Shown: positions 38,976 to 49,982, numbered from the whole stretch's first letter. The stretch is 62,882 bases of DNA, filler included, from Octopus bimaculoides (GCF_001194135.2; 5 parts of 5 records of this genome joined end to end with filler, not necessarily neighbours in it); one strand, 5' to 3'. Notes: a model not told the origin generated them from the letters alone. Made by a program: numbers and translations.

Positions 38976-39260
38976 CATCTATATCTATATAACACCCCAC
39001 CCCCCACACATATGACAGACTTTCAGTTTCTGCCGACAAATCTGCTCACGGCTTTGGTCTGCCCGGGGTTATAGAAGAAACTTGCTCAAGGTCCAATGTA
39101 GTAGGACTAAACTGGGAACCATGTGGTTGGGAAGCATGCTTCTTACGATATAGACATGTCTCCGCCGCATTAATATATGCATTTAGTCTTGTTTGGGTTT
39201 ATCATTGCTGTGCTGTCATACTTTAGCGCCTCGATCAATGGCTTTAGTCGCCCCTTATTC

Positions 39261-39480
39261 TAAGGCGGCGAGCTGGCAGAAACGTTAGCACGCCGGGCGA
39301 AATACCTAGCGGTATTTCGTCTGTCTTTACGTTCTCAGTTCAAATTCCACCGAGGTCGACTTTGCCTCTCATCCTTTCGGGGTCGATAAATTAAGTACTA
39401 ACTGCATACTGGGGTCGATCTAATCGACTAGCCCCTTCCCCCAAAATTTTGGGCCTTGTGCCTAGAGTAGAAAAGAATAT
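39261..39480 (+). mobile_element. tRNA-derived SINE (family A), full length
   Basis: Head TAAGGCGGCGAGCTGGCAGAAACGTTAGC and B-box-like CAGTTCAAATTCC, then GAGGTCGACTTTGCC...CATCCTTTCGGGGTCGAT. Confidence 0.85.
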
Positions 39481-39809
39481 CACCCCTTATTCTTATTTCG
39501 AATAGGCACTTATTTTATCATTCTGTGTTTATCGAATCGCTAAGTTACTCCTTAACAGAAAATGACACATTAGCCGTTTACACAAANNNNNNNNNNNNNN
39601 NNNNNNNNNNNNNNNNNNNNNNNNNNNNNNNNNNNNNNNNNNNNNNNNNNNNNNNNNNNNNNNNNNNNNNNNNNNNNNNNNNNNNNNNNNNNNNNNNNNN
39701 NNNNNNNNNNNNNNNNNNNNNNNNNNNNNNNNNNNNNNNNNNNNNNNNNNNNNNNNNNNNNNNNNNNNNNNNNNNNNNNNNNNNNNNNNNNNNNNNNNNN
39801 NNNNNNNNA

Positions 39810-40353
39810 GTATTTGAGCTCAGAGCGTAAAGAGCCAGAAGAAATGCCGCTTAGCATTTTGTCCGGCATGCAAGCTCGCTGCCAATTTAAAGCTTTAATA
39901 AATCTTTCTATGATAGGTACAAGGCTTGAAATTTTGGGTGAAGGGGCTAATCGATCACATCGACTCCAATACTCAACTGGTACTTATTCCATTGGTACTT
40001 ATTTCATTGATCCCCGAAAGGATGAAAGACAAAGTCGACCACTGTGGAACTTGAACTCAGAACGTAACGACAGACGAAATACCGCTAAGCATTTCGCCCG
40101 GTTTGCTAACGTTTCTGCCAACTTGCCGCCTCTACAATGGTTTCAAATTTTGGCACGAGGTCAATAATTTTAGGGGAAGGGTTAAATCGATTACATCGAC
40201 TTCAGTGCTCGACTGGTACCTATTTTACCGACCTAGAAATGATGAAAGGCATAGTCGACCTCGGCAGCATTTGAACCCAGAACGTAAAGCCACAAGAAAC
40301 GCAGGTAAATATTTTGTCAGGTGCAGTAACGTTTCTGTCAGTCCGCCGCCTTA
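39810..40353 (-). mobile_element. Head-to-tail cluster of three SINE family A copies
   Basis: Copies at ~39810-39885, 39905-40131 and 40140-40353, all in the same orientation. Confidence 0.78.
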
Positions 40354-40452
40354 ATCTAAGCTTTAATCTATATAATAATTTGATTGGTCGTTCGCCTGTT
40401 ATACTTTAGTTAGAGAGATGGAAGTGGAGTGAATGTGAAGTGAAGTAAAAGT

Positions 40453-40490
<38 letters not shown>

Positions 40491-41080
40491 TGAAGAGTGT
40501 GAGTAGAAAAGAAAGAAGTGACGAAGAAATAGAGAAAGGGGTATAATAAGACCGAATGCGTCACGTGGTTAGTTGAAGGGAGAGGCGAAGACCGAGAGAA
40601 AAAGACAGTGAGAGAAAAGGAAGAGAGAGAAGCGCTAACGACGTGCTGGAGGGAAAGGTAAAGAGAAAGAGATATGTTCTGGTGGTGAAGTTAAAGAAAG
40701 GCAGATAAAGGGAAATGGGCAGGGGAGGCAGTTAGATTAAGAGAGAGATAGAGAGTGAGAGAGAGAGAGTTAGTGGAAGCGAGAGGTGAAGAGAAAGAGA
40801 GAAATGTTAAAGTGCCTAGAAGAGGGGAATCTTAGAATCGTCTAATATATTATTGTGACAGGAAGTGAAATAACTTAGCAAAATAAAGATAAAAACGCAA
40901 ATCATCCTTTCTTTCTTAATCTTTTTCGTTCTGTGGAATTTCCACGGCTCCCACTAGTAATAATAATTTCTAATTTAGGGGCAGAGAACTGTTAATTAAA
41001 CCAGCTGTACTTTTGAGAGTATTTGAAAATATTCTCCATCTTTTTAGAAATAGAAATAGGTTACATTTTTCTTTGCTTAC

Positions 41081-41134
41081 TCGACAAGTGAGATGCTGTT
41101 TTGTGAAACGTGTCTTTTCCAAATTGCCTCTTTT
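41081..41134 (-). CDS. Candidate 54-nt internal coding exon (phase 1/1)
   Basis: Acceptor c(T)11gtAG| and donor TCGA|GTAAGC. Open reading (E)KRQFGKDTFHKTASHLS(S). Phase-compatible with the 16598-16902 exon and in frame with ORF 41061-41447. Confidence 0.45.
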
Positions 41135-41472
41135 CTACAAAAAAAAAAAGTTTCATGTCCAGGCATTCCGTATTATTTAAGATACTAGCGAAGATGCTGT
41201 TGCTAGGCGATAACGTGGAAATGCTTTCGTTTGACAAAGACAGTGTGTATGTGACAGAGCTGGTGTTGTTTTTGTCGGCATTTTCAGTAGAGATATTCAA
41301 GCTGGATGTTAAAATATTGTTTTGTTTTTGGTCATGATCACCATTAATATTTTGCTGTGCGATCAACATACTAATCTTTTCCTGTCTGTGTTGTTTAATG
41401 AAATGTGTTATTTTGTTAATTATCAGTTTTCTTTTTAGGTGCGTCATTCAGAATATTCGTAGCCATTGTGTA

Positions 41473-41526
<54 letters not shown>

Positions 41527-42358
41527 TGAGAGAGTGAGAGAGAGAGAGAGAGTGAGAGAGTGAGAGAGAGGGCAATATGATAAAAAAAAAACTTTGTTCA
41601 AAAATAGAAGCACAAATCTTAGTTTTTCTTTTCCCAACTCCTGTAGGAGGAGATTCCAATTTTTAGGAAGTTATCTCTANNNNNNNNNNNNNNNNNNNNN
41701 NNNNNNNNNNNNNNNNNNNNNNNNNNNNNNNNNNNNNNNNNNNNNNNNNNNNNNNNNNNNNNNNNNNNNNNNNNNNNNNNNNNNNNNNNNNNNNNNNNNN
41801 NNNNNNNNNNNNNNNNNNNNNNNNNNNNNNNNNNNNNNNNNNNNNNNNNNNNNNNNNNNNNNNNNNNNNNNNNNNNNNNNNNNNNNNNNNNNNNNNNNNN
41901 NNNNNNNNNNNNNNNNNNNNNNNNNNNNNNNNNNNNNNNNNNNNNNNNNNNNNNNNNNNNNNNNNNNNNNNNNNNNNNNNNNNNNNNNNNNNNNNNNNNN
42001 NNNNNNNNNNNNNNNNNNNNNNNNNNNNNNNNNNNNNNNNNNNNNNNNNNNNNNNNNNNNNNNNNNNNNNNNNNNNNNNNNNNNNNNNNNNNNNNNNNNN
42101 NNNNNNNNNNNNNNNNNNNNNNNNNNNNNNNNNNNNNNNNNNNNNNNNNNNNNNNNNNNNNNNNNNNNNNNNNNNNNNNNNNNNNNNNNNNNNNNNNNNN
42201 NNNNNNNNNNNNNNNNNNNNNNNNNNNNNNNNNNNNNNNNNNNNNNNNNNNNNNNNNNNNNNNNNNNNNNNNNNNNNNNNNNNNNNNNNNNNNNNNNNNN
42301 NNNNNNNNACTGCTAAGCAATCGCACGGCTTGCTAACGATTCTGCCGGCTCGCCGCCT

Positions 42359-42399
<41 letters not shown>

Positions 42400-42415
42400 A
42401 TAATAATAATAATAA

Positions 42416-43216
42416 TATTCGGAAAACGATCTACTTCAGAGGAACAAAATAGGTGCTGGAAAAGATCCAAGGGCACCAAGGACTGCCCTGTGACAGACAA
42501 GTTCATAATGAAGAACCGCAAACGGTACTAAAAAAACTTGTGTATGGCTTGGATTGACTTTGAGAAGGCTTATGAAATGTTTCCGCATTCTGGGATAATG
42601 GAATCACTCGACATATGTGGACTAGCTGAGAATACGCATGCCTAGTTAGAAAACATGTCTTTTCTGTAATAATCAATACTTACCCGACGTAACAACTAAG
42701 AGACGTATCTTCCAGGGAACTTCTTGTTCACTTTTGCTGTTTGTTATAGCCTTGATCCCGCTTTCTGTAGTTCTACGCAAACTCAACGCGTACTATGAGC
42801 TGAGGAAGAACGAACCTCGTCTCAACCACCTTCTCTTCGTGGATGATTTAAAACTGTGCGCAAAAACAAACTGAAATGGAAACTTTGGTTGAGACTGTAC
42901 AGATATACAGCGAGGATATAGGAATGGAATTCAGGACCTCAAAGAGTATGGTGCTCACTTTAAAAGGGGGAACAGAGCAGATTGTAAAGGCATAAAATTG
43001 TCAGAGAGAGCCTGGATGATGGTAACTACAAGTACCTTGGTAGCTTGGAGCAGAATGACACCTTGCAAGGTCACCATTGCATATTTGAAGCGGCTCAAAC
43101 TTCTCTTGAAGTCAAAACTCAATGGAAGGAACCTTGTGACTGCCTTCAACACATCAGCTGTAACTGTAGTTCTGAAATGGACACGAGCGGAGATTGACCA
43201 ACTCAATCGCACCACC
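42416..43216 (+). mobile_element. 5'-truncated R4/Dong-like RT fragment starting directly after a (TAA)n run
   Basis: Translates, with lesions, as ...SKGTKD...KNLCMAWIDFEKAYEMFPHS..., NHLLFVDDLKL and KSKLNGRNLVTAFNTSAV. The junction follows (TAA)6 at 42398-42415. Confidence 0.8.
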
Positions 43217-43673
43217 NNNNNNNNNNNNNNNNNNNNNNNNNNNNNNNNNNNNNNNNNNNNNNNNNNNNNNNNNNNNNNNNNNNNNNNNNNNNNNNNNNNN
43301 NNNNNNNNNNNNNNNNNNNNNNNNNNNNNNNNNNNNNNNNNNNNNNNNNNNNNNNNNNNNNNNNNNNNNNNNNNNNNNNNNNNNNNNNNNNNNNNNNNNN
43401 NNNNNNNNNNNNNNNNNNNNNNNNNNNNNNNNNNNNNNNNNNNNNNNNNNNNNNNNNNNNNNNNNNNNNNNNNNNNNNNNNNNNNNNNNNNNNNNNNNNN
43501 NNNNNNNNNNNNNNNNNNNNNNNNNNNNNNNNNNNNNNNNNNNNNNNNNNNNNNNNNNNNNNNNNNNNNNNNNNNNNNNNNNNNNNNNNNNNNNNNNNNN
43601 NNNNNNNNNNNNNNNNNNNNNNNNNNNNNNNNNNNNNNNNNNNNNNNNNNNNNNNNNNNNNNNNNNNNNNNNN

Positions 43674-43731
<58 letters not shown>

Positions 43732-44843
43732 CACATCCTCAATAACATTAAGACCTTAGATTTGAAATACTTTATTTAGTAGCTTCTTGGAAAACACCGA
43801 AGATTGCCTCTTTAGCCAAAGCTTGAAAGAATATTTTTGTACGATGCAGAGATAGAAAATGATTTTGAAGGATTCAAGGCAAAAAATTTTCAGTGTAAAA
43901 TCGTTACAAGAGAAGACTGTATCAGAACCTGGTTAGAATTCAGAAGGTGACTCGATACATAATCTTAGCTGATGAAATTCTCGTTGGCGACAGTAGAGAT
44001 AGACGACGAATCATTATCCAAGAAATTCAAATTCTGTGATACGGGAATTCCTGCTCATTATTATTTCGTATACTGAAACTTATATCAACTCCTTAGAGAT
44101 TTCAGAGAACTCATCCTCCAGAAACGGTTTCTTCAGCAAGGAAAACAACTGGAAATTGACTCATTTTTCAAGCCAATTCACTCCAACCCTACTGTAGCAG
44201 TACAGTCTACTGTTGATATTGATGACTTGACTCGCCTGCTATTGATCTAAACCTTCCACATTCACCCCATACTCCTACGAAGTTGGGGTTGGGTCAATGA
44301 AATATCATAGTTTTCATATTCATTTCCGCCTCTGCCACCACGACATCAAACTCATCTACCATTTACCATTTAAATGAAATTAAAAATTAGCGTATTAACT
44401 TTTTGGTTTAGGCGTACTGTAAAGTTAAATAAGTTTATAAAAATACACTGTTTCATTATTTATTATATAAGTTACAATCAGAATCCTGCTCTGATAGCCT
44501 GAGTTTCTTGTTAACAGAGCAAGTCTGCCAATATTTGTCAGCCGGCTGGAGACCTGACTAAAAGCCAAAAATGTCGCTGTTGTAGGATGTTTACAATATT
44601 ATCTGAAATCTTGTTACTCTCGATCATGTCTAGCATGCAATATATATGTCTTCAATATCGTTTAGGCATACAGTGCTAATCTGTATCTTCAATTAACTCA
44701 TACATTCGGTTAACTCGGACACTTCTGGTATGTTTTAACGAGATTTCATCGAATTTAAGAACATAAATGGTCAGCGAATTAGCAGTCGTTTTTCCTTCCT
44801 CTTACTCTACCCCTACCCCACCAGAAGCACCACTATCGCCGCC

Positions 44844-44910
44844 GCTAGAAATAAGAGTCAAAACAACACTTAGCCACGGGCTAAGAGTTGTTTTGACTCT
44901 TACTTCTAGC
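44844..44910. repeat. Near-perfect 67-nt hairpin
   Basis: 32-bp arms GCTAGAAATAAGAGTCAAAACAACACTTAGCC and GGCTAAGAGTTGTTTTGACTCTTACTTCTAGC, 2 mismatches, 3-nt loop ACG. Confidence 0.9.
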
Positions 44911-45010
44911 ATTGCTGATGCTGACTTGCACCCTCAGTCATTTAGTGACGATTGTGTGTGTATGTGTGTGCGCGCGCGCTCCTCCATTTTTCCCTTCTTT
45001 GGACTTTCCT

Positions 45011-45047
45011 TGTTTCCGACGAAGAGTTCCGCTCGAAACGTCATATT
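45011..45047 (+). ncRNA. Degenerate minimal type I hammerhead-ribozyme-like motif (Penelope/retrozyme type), probably inactive
   Basis: CCGACGA (CUGANGA with U4>C), A, stem GAG/ttccg/CTC, GAAAC, GTC. Stem I is poorly paired. Followed by a pyrimidine-rich tract and (TA)n. Confidence 0.5.
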
Positions 45048-45146
45048 CTCTCTCTTTCCTTTCCCGAGCGTCTAGTAACACAATCTGTATCACGTCCTCA
45101 CATTGTTGTTTTTTGTTGTTGTTTTTTTGTCTTTTCCTTTTTTGAA

Positions 45147-45213
<67 letters not shown>

Positions 45214-45641
45214 CCAAGCGCACTGGTATTCTGGTCGAAGACTGCCTTCGAATTTTTCTATCCCAAAGGGATTTTCGACCCAATATTTACATTCTGTTGT
45301 TTATAGCTTTATGTGTGTATTTCGAGAAATACTATTCCCAAAAAGTATTATTTCCCGTTCTCTCGAGAGTTTACCAAATTCTTATATATACATACATGCA
45401 TCTATATAAGAATTATACGTGTGTGTGTGTGTGTGTTTATTTGTGTGTGTGTGTGTATGTAATATTAAAAGAAAATGAGTTAAAAAAATAACTTTGAGCG
45501 GCTACTAGCATGAATATGGACAATAAATACGAATAATGGTATATTTAGAACCATACCAGATAAATTCGTGATTTATTGAATATACATGCACACCACAAGT
45601 TCATTCATACATACATCCATACATACGTACATACATACATC

Positions 45642-45699
<58 letters not shown>

Positions 45700-46978
45700 N
45701 NNNNNNNNNNNNNNNNNNNNNNNNNNNNNNNNNNNNNNNNNNNNNNNNNNNNNNNNNNNNNNNNNNNNNNNNNNNNNNNNNNNNNNNNNNNNNNNNNNNN
45801 NNNNNNNNNNNNNNNNNNNNNNNNNNNNNNNNNNNNNNNNNNNNNNNNNNNNNNNNNNNNNNNNNNNNNNNNNNNNNNNNNNNNNNNNNNNNNNNNNNNN
45901 NNNNNNNNNNNNNNNNNNNNNNNNNNNNNNNNNNNNNNNNNNNNNNNNNNNNNNNNNNNNNNNNNNNNNNNNNNNNNNNNNNNNNNNNNNNNNNNNNNNN
46001 NNNNNNNNNNNNNNNNNNNNNNNNNNNNNNNNNNNNNNNNNNNNNNNNNNNNNNNNNNNNNNNNNNNNNNNNNNNNNNNNNNNNNNNNNNNNNNNNNNNN
46101 NNNNNNNNNNNNNNNNNNNNNNNNNNNNNNNNNNNNNNNNNNNNNNNNNNNNNNNNNNNNNNNNNNNNNNNNNNNNNNNNNNNNNNNNNNNNNNNNNNNN
46201 NNNNNNNNNNNNNNNNNNNNNNNNNNNNNNNNNNNNNNNNNNNNNNNNNNNNNNNNNNNNNNNNNNNNNNNNNNNNNNNNNNNNNNNNNNNNNNNNNNNN
46301 NNNNNNNNNNNNNNNNNNNNNNNNNNNNNNNNNNNNNNNNNNNNNNNNNNNNNNNNNNNNNNNNNNNNNNNNNNNNNNNNNNNNNNNNNNNNNNNNNNNN
46401 NNNNNNNNNNNNNNNNNNNNNNNNNNNNNNNNNNNNNNNNNNNNNNNNNNNNNNNNNNNNNNNNNNNNNNNNNNNNNNNNNNNNNNNNNNNNNNNNNNNN
46501 NNNNNNNNNNNNNNNNNNNNNNNNNNNNNNNNNNNNNNNNNNNNNNNNNNNNNNNNNNNNNNNNNNNNNNNNNNNNNNNNNNNNNNNNNNNNNNNNNNNN
46601 NNNNNNNNNNNNNNNNNNNNNNNNNNNNNNNNNNNNNNNNNNNNNNNNNNNNNNNATAATCTATTGGCAGTGTATTGAATTAAGTTTGTTTGTTGGAGCA
46701 GTATCAAATGTCTGGACGAAACAGATGTTGCCACATTCAGGTGTATGATCGTGTTGGTGTTGGTGACTCCATAGGATTCATTGCATATAGTGTAAGCGTG
46801 GGTGCGCGCGTGCAGAGACTCATACATATATACACTCAGGCATACGTATTACATACATGCATACATACATACATACATACATACATACATACATACAAAT
46901 ATATAAATATACACGCATAGAGAGAGTATATTCTTTCAATATAATAGTCATAAATCATGTTTATATATATCAAATATG

Positions 46979-47029
<51 letters not shown>

Positions 47030-47187
47030 ATTCATATACGTGCATACGCATGTGTATTGGTGCATATATATTTATATATAAATGTACACACACATATACA
47101 CATATATGCATACGCATTCACGTGCAAATATGCACATATACACAGACATATATGTAAATTTGCTTTGGTTCGTTTGAAACCTTTTTT

Positions 47188-47218
<31 letters not shown>

Positions 47219-47304
47219 GACATATATTTGTTTATATGTATTTGAGCGTGTGTGAATATATATGTACATATATGCATATATACATATATGTGAGTGTGTG
47301 TGCG

Positions 47305-47343
<39 letters not shown>

Positions 47344-47457
47344 GTATATATGCATATGTATATGTGTATATTTATGTATTTACTCTCTTATATGCATATA
47401 TGTAAACGTGTAAATGCGTAATTTTGTTTGGATGCGTACATTTGTTGTTACGTATAC

Positions 47458-47560
47458 CTGCACGCATAGGAGGTTTGGGGTGGGGCTGCAGCAAGATGGA
47501 ATCAATATGGCCGCCGATCAATATATTCCAAGATGTTTTTCTCTATCAATGCAGCCGATA
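47458..47560 (-). other. Candidate spliced exon; coding status unclear
   Basis: Long T-rich tract ending ...tatttcttccgtcaccatAG| and donor GCAG|GTATAC. The 3' part is open in the frame RKTSWNILIGGHIDSILLQPHPKPPMRA and ends in phase 1, but all three frames contain a stop if the first AG is used. Confidence 0.35.
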
Positions 47561-47745
47561 CTATGGTGACGGAAGAAATACGAAATAAAAACAAACGAAC
47601 CAACAACAAAATACAATCACATTCCTTGTGTTACTTGTCACGTGGTATCCAATATATACAAAAGAAACATCAACATTTTAAGTCCGTTCATTCATACGTA
47701 TACTTACATTTACTCAAACACACATGCATTTTATACATATGTATA

Positions 47746-47786
<41 letters not shown>

Positions 47787-48455
47787 NNNNNNNNNNNNNN
47801 NNNNNNNNNNNNNNNNNNNNNNNNNNNNNNNNNNNNNNNNNNNNNNNNNNNNNNNNNNNNNNNNNNNNNNNNNNNNNNNNNNNNNNNNNNNNNNNNNNNN
47901 NNNNNNNNNNNNNNNNNNNNNNNNNNNNNNNNNNNNNNNNNNNNNNNNNNNNNNNNNNNNNNNNNNNNNNNNNNNNNNNNNNNNNNNNNNNNNNNNNNNN
48001 NNNNNNNNNNNNNNNNNNNNNNNNNNNNNNNNNNNNNNNNNNNNNNNNNNNNNNNNNNNNNNNNNNNNNNNNNNNNNNNNNNNNNNNNNNNNNNNNNNNN
48101 NNNNNNNNNNNNNNNNNNNNNNNNNNNNNNNNNNNNNNNNNNNNNNNNNNNNNNNNNNNNNNNNNNNNNNNNNNNNNNNNNNNNNNNNNNNNNNNNNNNN
48201 NNNNNNNNNNNNNNNNNNNNNNNNNNNNNNNNNNNNNNNNNNNNNNNNNNNNNNNNNNNNNNNNNNNNNNNNNNNNNNNNNNNNNNNNNNNNNNNNNNNN
48301 NNNNNNNNNNNNNNNNNNNNNNNNNNNNNNNNNNNNNNNNNNNNNNNNNNNNNNNNNNNNNNNNNNNNNNNNNNNNNNNNNNNNNNNNNNNNNNNNNNNN
48401 NNNNNNNNNNNNNNNNNNNNNNNNNNNNNNNNNNNNNNNNNNNNNNNNNNNNNNN

Positions 48456-48494
<39 letters not shown>

Positions 48495-48811
48495 ATATCT
48501 GCATGCGTTTATATATTTACAGAAACTAACACATATATTGATATATTCAGAAGCGTTGAATATTTCCAATAAAAGATAAAAAAAATGTCCCTAACTAAAA
48601 TAACTGCAAGTTCATTTATAGTGCAACATCAAATCAAATAAAATATAATGCTGAGAAACTGTGAAAAATGTAAAAAAAAAAAAAATAATAATAAACAAAT
48701 GGAAATAGAAATAAATTCTTCATCTTATTTGGAAGTAGTCCAATATATTGAGTAAGTTTCCTCGACATAACATACAGAATCTTCCTTTAAATCTTTGACA
48801 TATTAACATAC

Positions 48812-48982
48812 AATGCTTTCCCATATTCTTTGTATATCCATATGAATGTATGAATGTTTTCTGAGAAGTGTTACTGGAGATTGGGAGTTTGGTGAGAATG
48901 GTAGATGTCGGAGTAAATGTTTAGAGACGTTTAACTTCGGTGTTTTAGAGCAGGCCATGTGAGGTACCGAGTTCATATCATC
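48812..48982 (-). CDS. Candidate 171-nt internal coding exon (phase 0/0)
   Basis: Acceptor tcatcatttAG| and donor ATT|GTATGT bound 57 open codons: DDMNSVPHMACSKTPKLNVSKHLLRHLPFSPNSQSPVTLLRKHSYIHMDIQRIWESI. No recognisable homology. Confidence 0.3.
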
Positions 48983-49098
48983 CTAAATGATGAATTATAT
49001 TTATTCACCACATATGCCTTTAAAGATTCAAAGGTATCAGTTATGTGCTGAGGTTTATCTACCTCGTTACTAAACTCTTTTGTTGGTGCATGAACATC

Positions 49099-49465
49099 GT
49101 TGTTGTTGGCACTCCGTCGCTTACGACTTCGAGGGTTCCAGTTGATCCGATCAACGGAACAGCCTGCTCGTGAAATTAACGTGCAAGTGGCTGAGCACTC
49201 CACAGACACGTGTACCCTTAACGTAGTTCTCGGGGATATTCAGCGTGACACAGTGTGACAAGGCTGACCCTTTGAATTACAGGCACAACAGAAACAGGAA
49301 GTAAGAGAAAGTTGTGGTGAAAGAGTACAGCAGGGTTCGCCACCATCCCCTGCCGGAGCCTCGTGGAGCTTTTTAGGTGTTTTCGCTCAATAAACACCCA
49401 CAACGCCCGGTCTGGGAATCGAAACCGCGATCCTATGACCGCGAGTTCGCTGCCATAACCACTGG
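49099..49465 (-). mobile_element. tRNA-derived SINE (family C), slightly 5'-truncated
   Basis: Nearly identical to the two TSD-bearing copies but lacks the first ~15 nt of the head. Confidence 0.85.
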
Positions 49466-49659
49466 ATAATCTTACACTTAAAATTCAGAACCTTCTTATG
49501 TTGTCAAAAGCAAACCAAAACTTCGAGGTCGATATTTATTTCCAGCTGTTTAACCTATATCGAGACGATCTATATGAAATGCCTTCCATTCTCGATTCAT
49601 TTTTCAACACCACAATATCAAATATGCCTATTTTTCTAAGGCATTATTAGAAATTCGGA

Positions 49660-49982
49660 GTGAAGGCGCGTGGCTTAGTGGTTAGGGTAATCGGCTCACG
49701 GTCGTAAGGTCGTGAGTTCAATTCCCGGCGACTTGTGTCTTTGAACACGGCGCTTTATTTCATGTTGCTTCAGTCGCTCAGCTGACAAAAATGAATAGCA
49801 TCTGTATTTCAAAGGGCCAAACTTATCACATTCTTTGTCACGCTGAATTTCCCTAAGAACAAAGTTAAGGGTACGCGTGTCTGTGGAGTACCCAGTCAGC
49901 TGCACGTTAATTTCTCGAGCAAGCTGTTCCATTGATCGAATCAACTGGAACCCTCGTCATATTAACCGACGGAGTGCCAGAC
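49660..49982 (+). mobile_element. tRNA-derived SINE (family D) with a different head and middle but the family C 3' body
   Basis: Head GAAGGCGCGTGGCTTAGTGGTTAGGG...GAGTTCAATTCCCGG. From about 49803 it aligns with the family C 3' half (caaagggc...gttaagggtac...gcacgttaattt...tcaactggaaccctcg...gacggagtgcc). Confidence 0.75.

Noticed and set aside
4251-40353. CRISPR-like recurrence of gtcgacctcggc/gaaaggatgaaagg motifs
   Set aside because: They are internal parts of dispersed SINE copies with irregular spacing in eukaryotic DNA.
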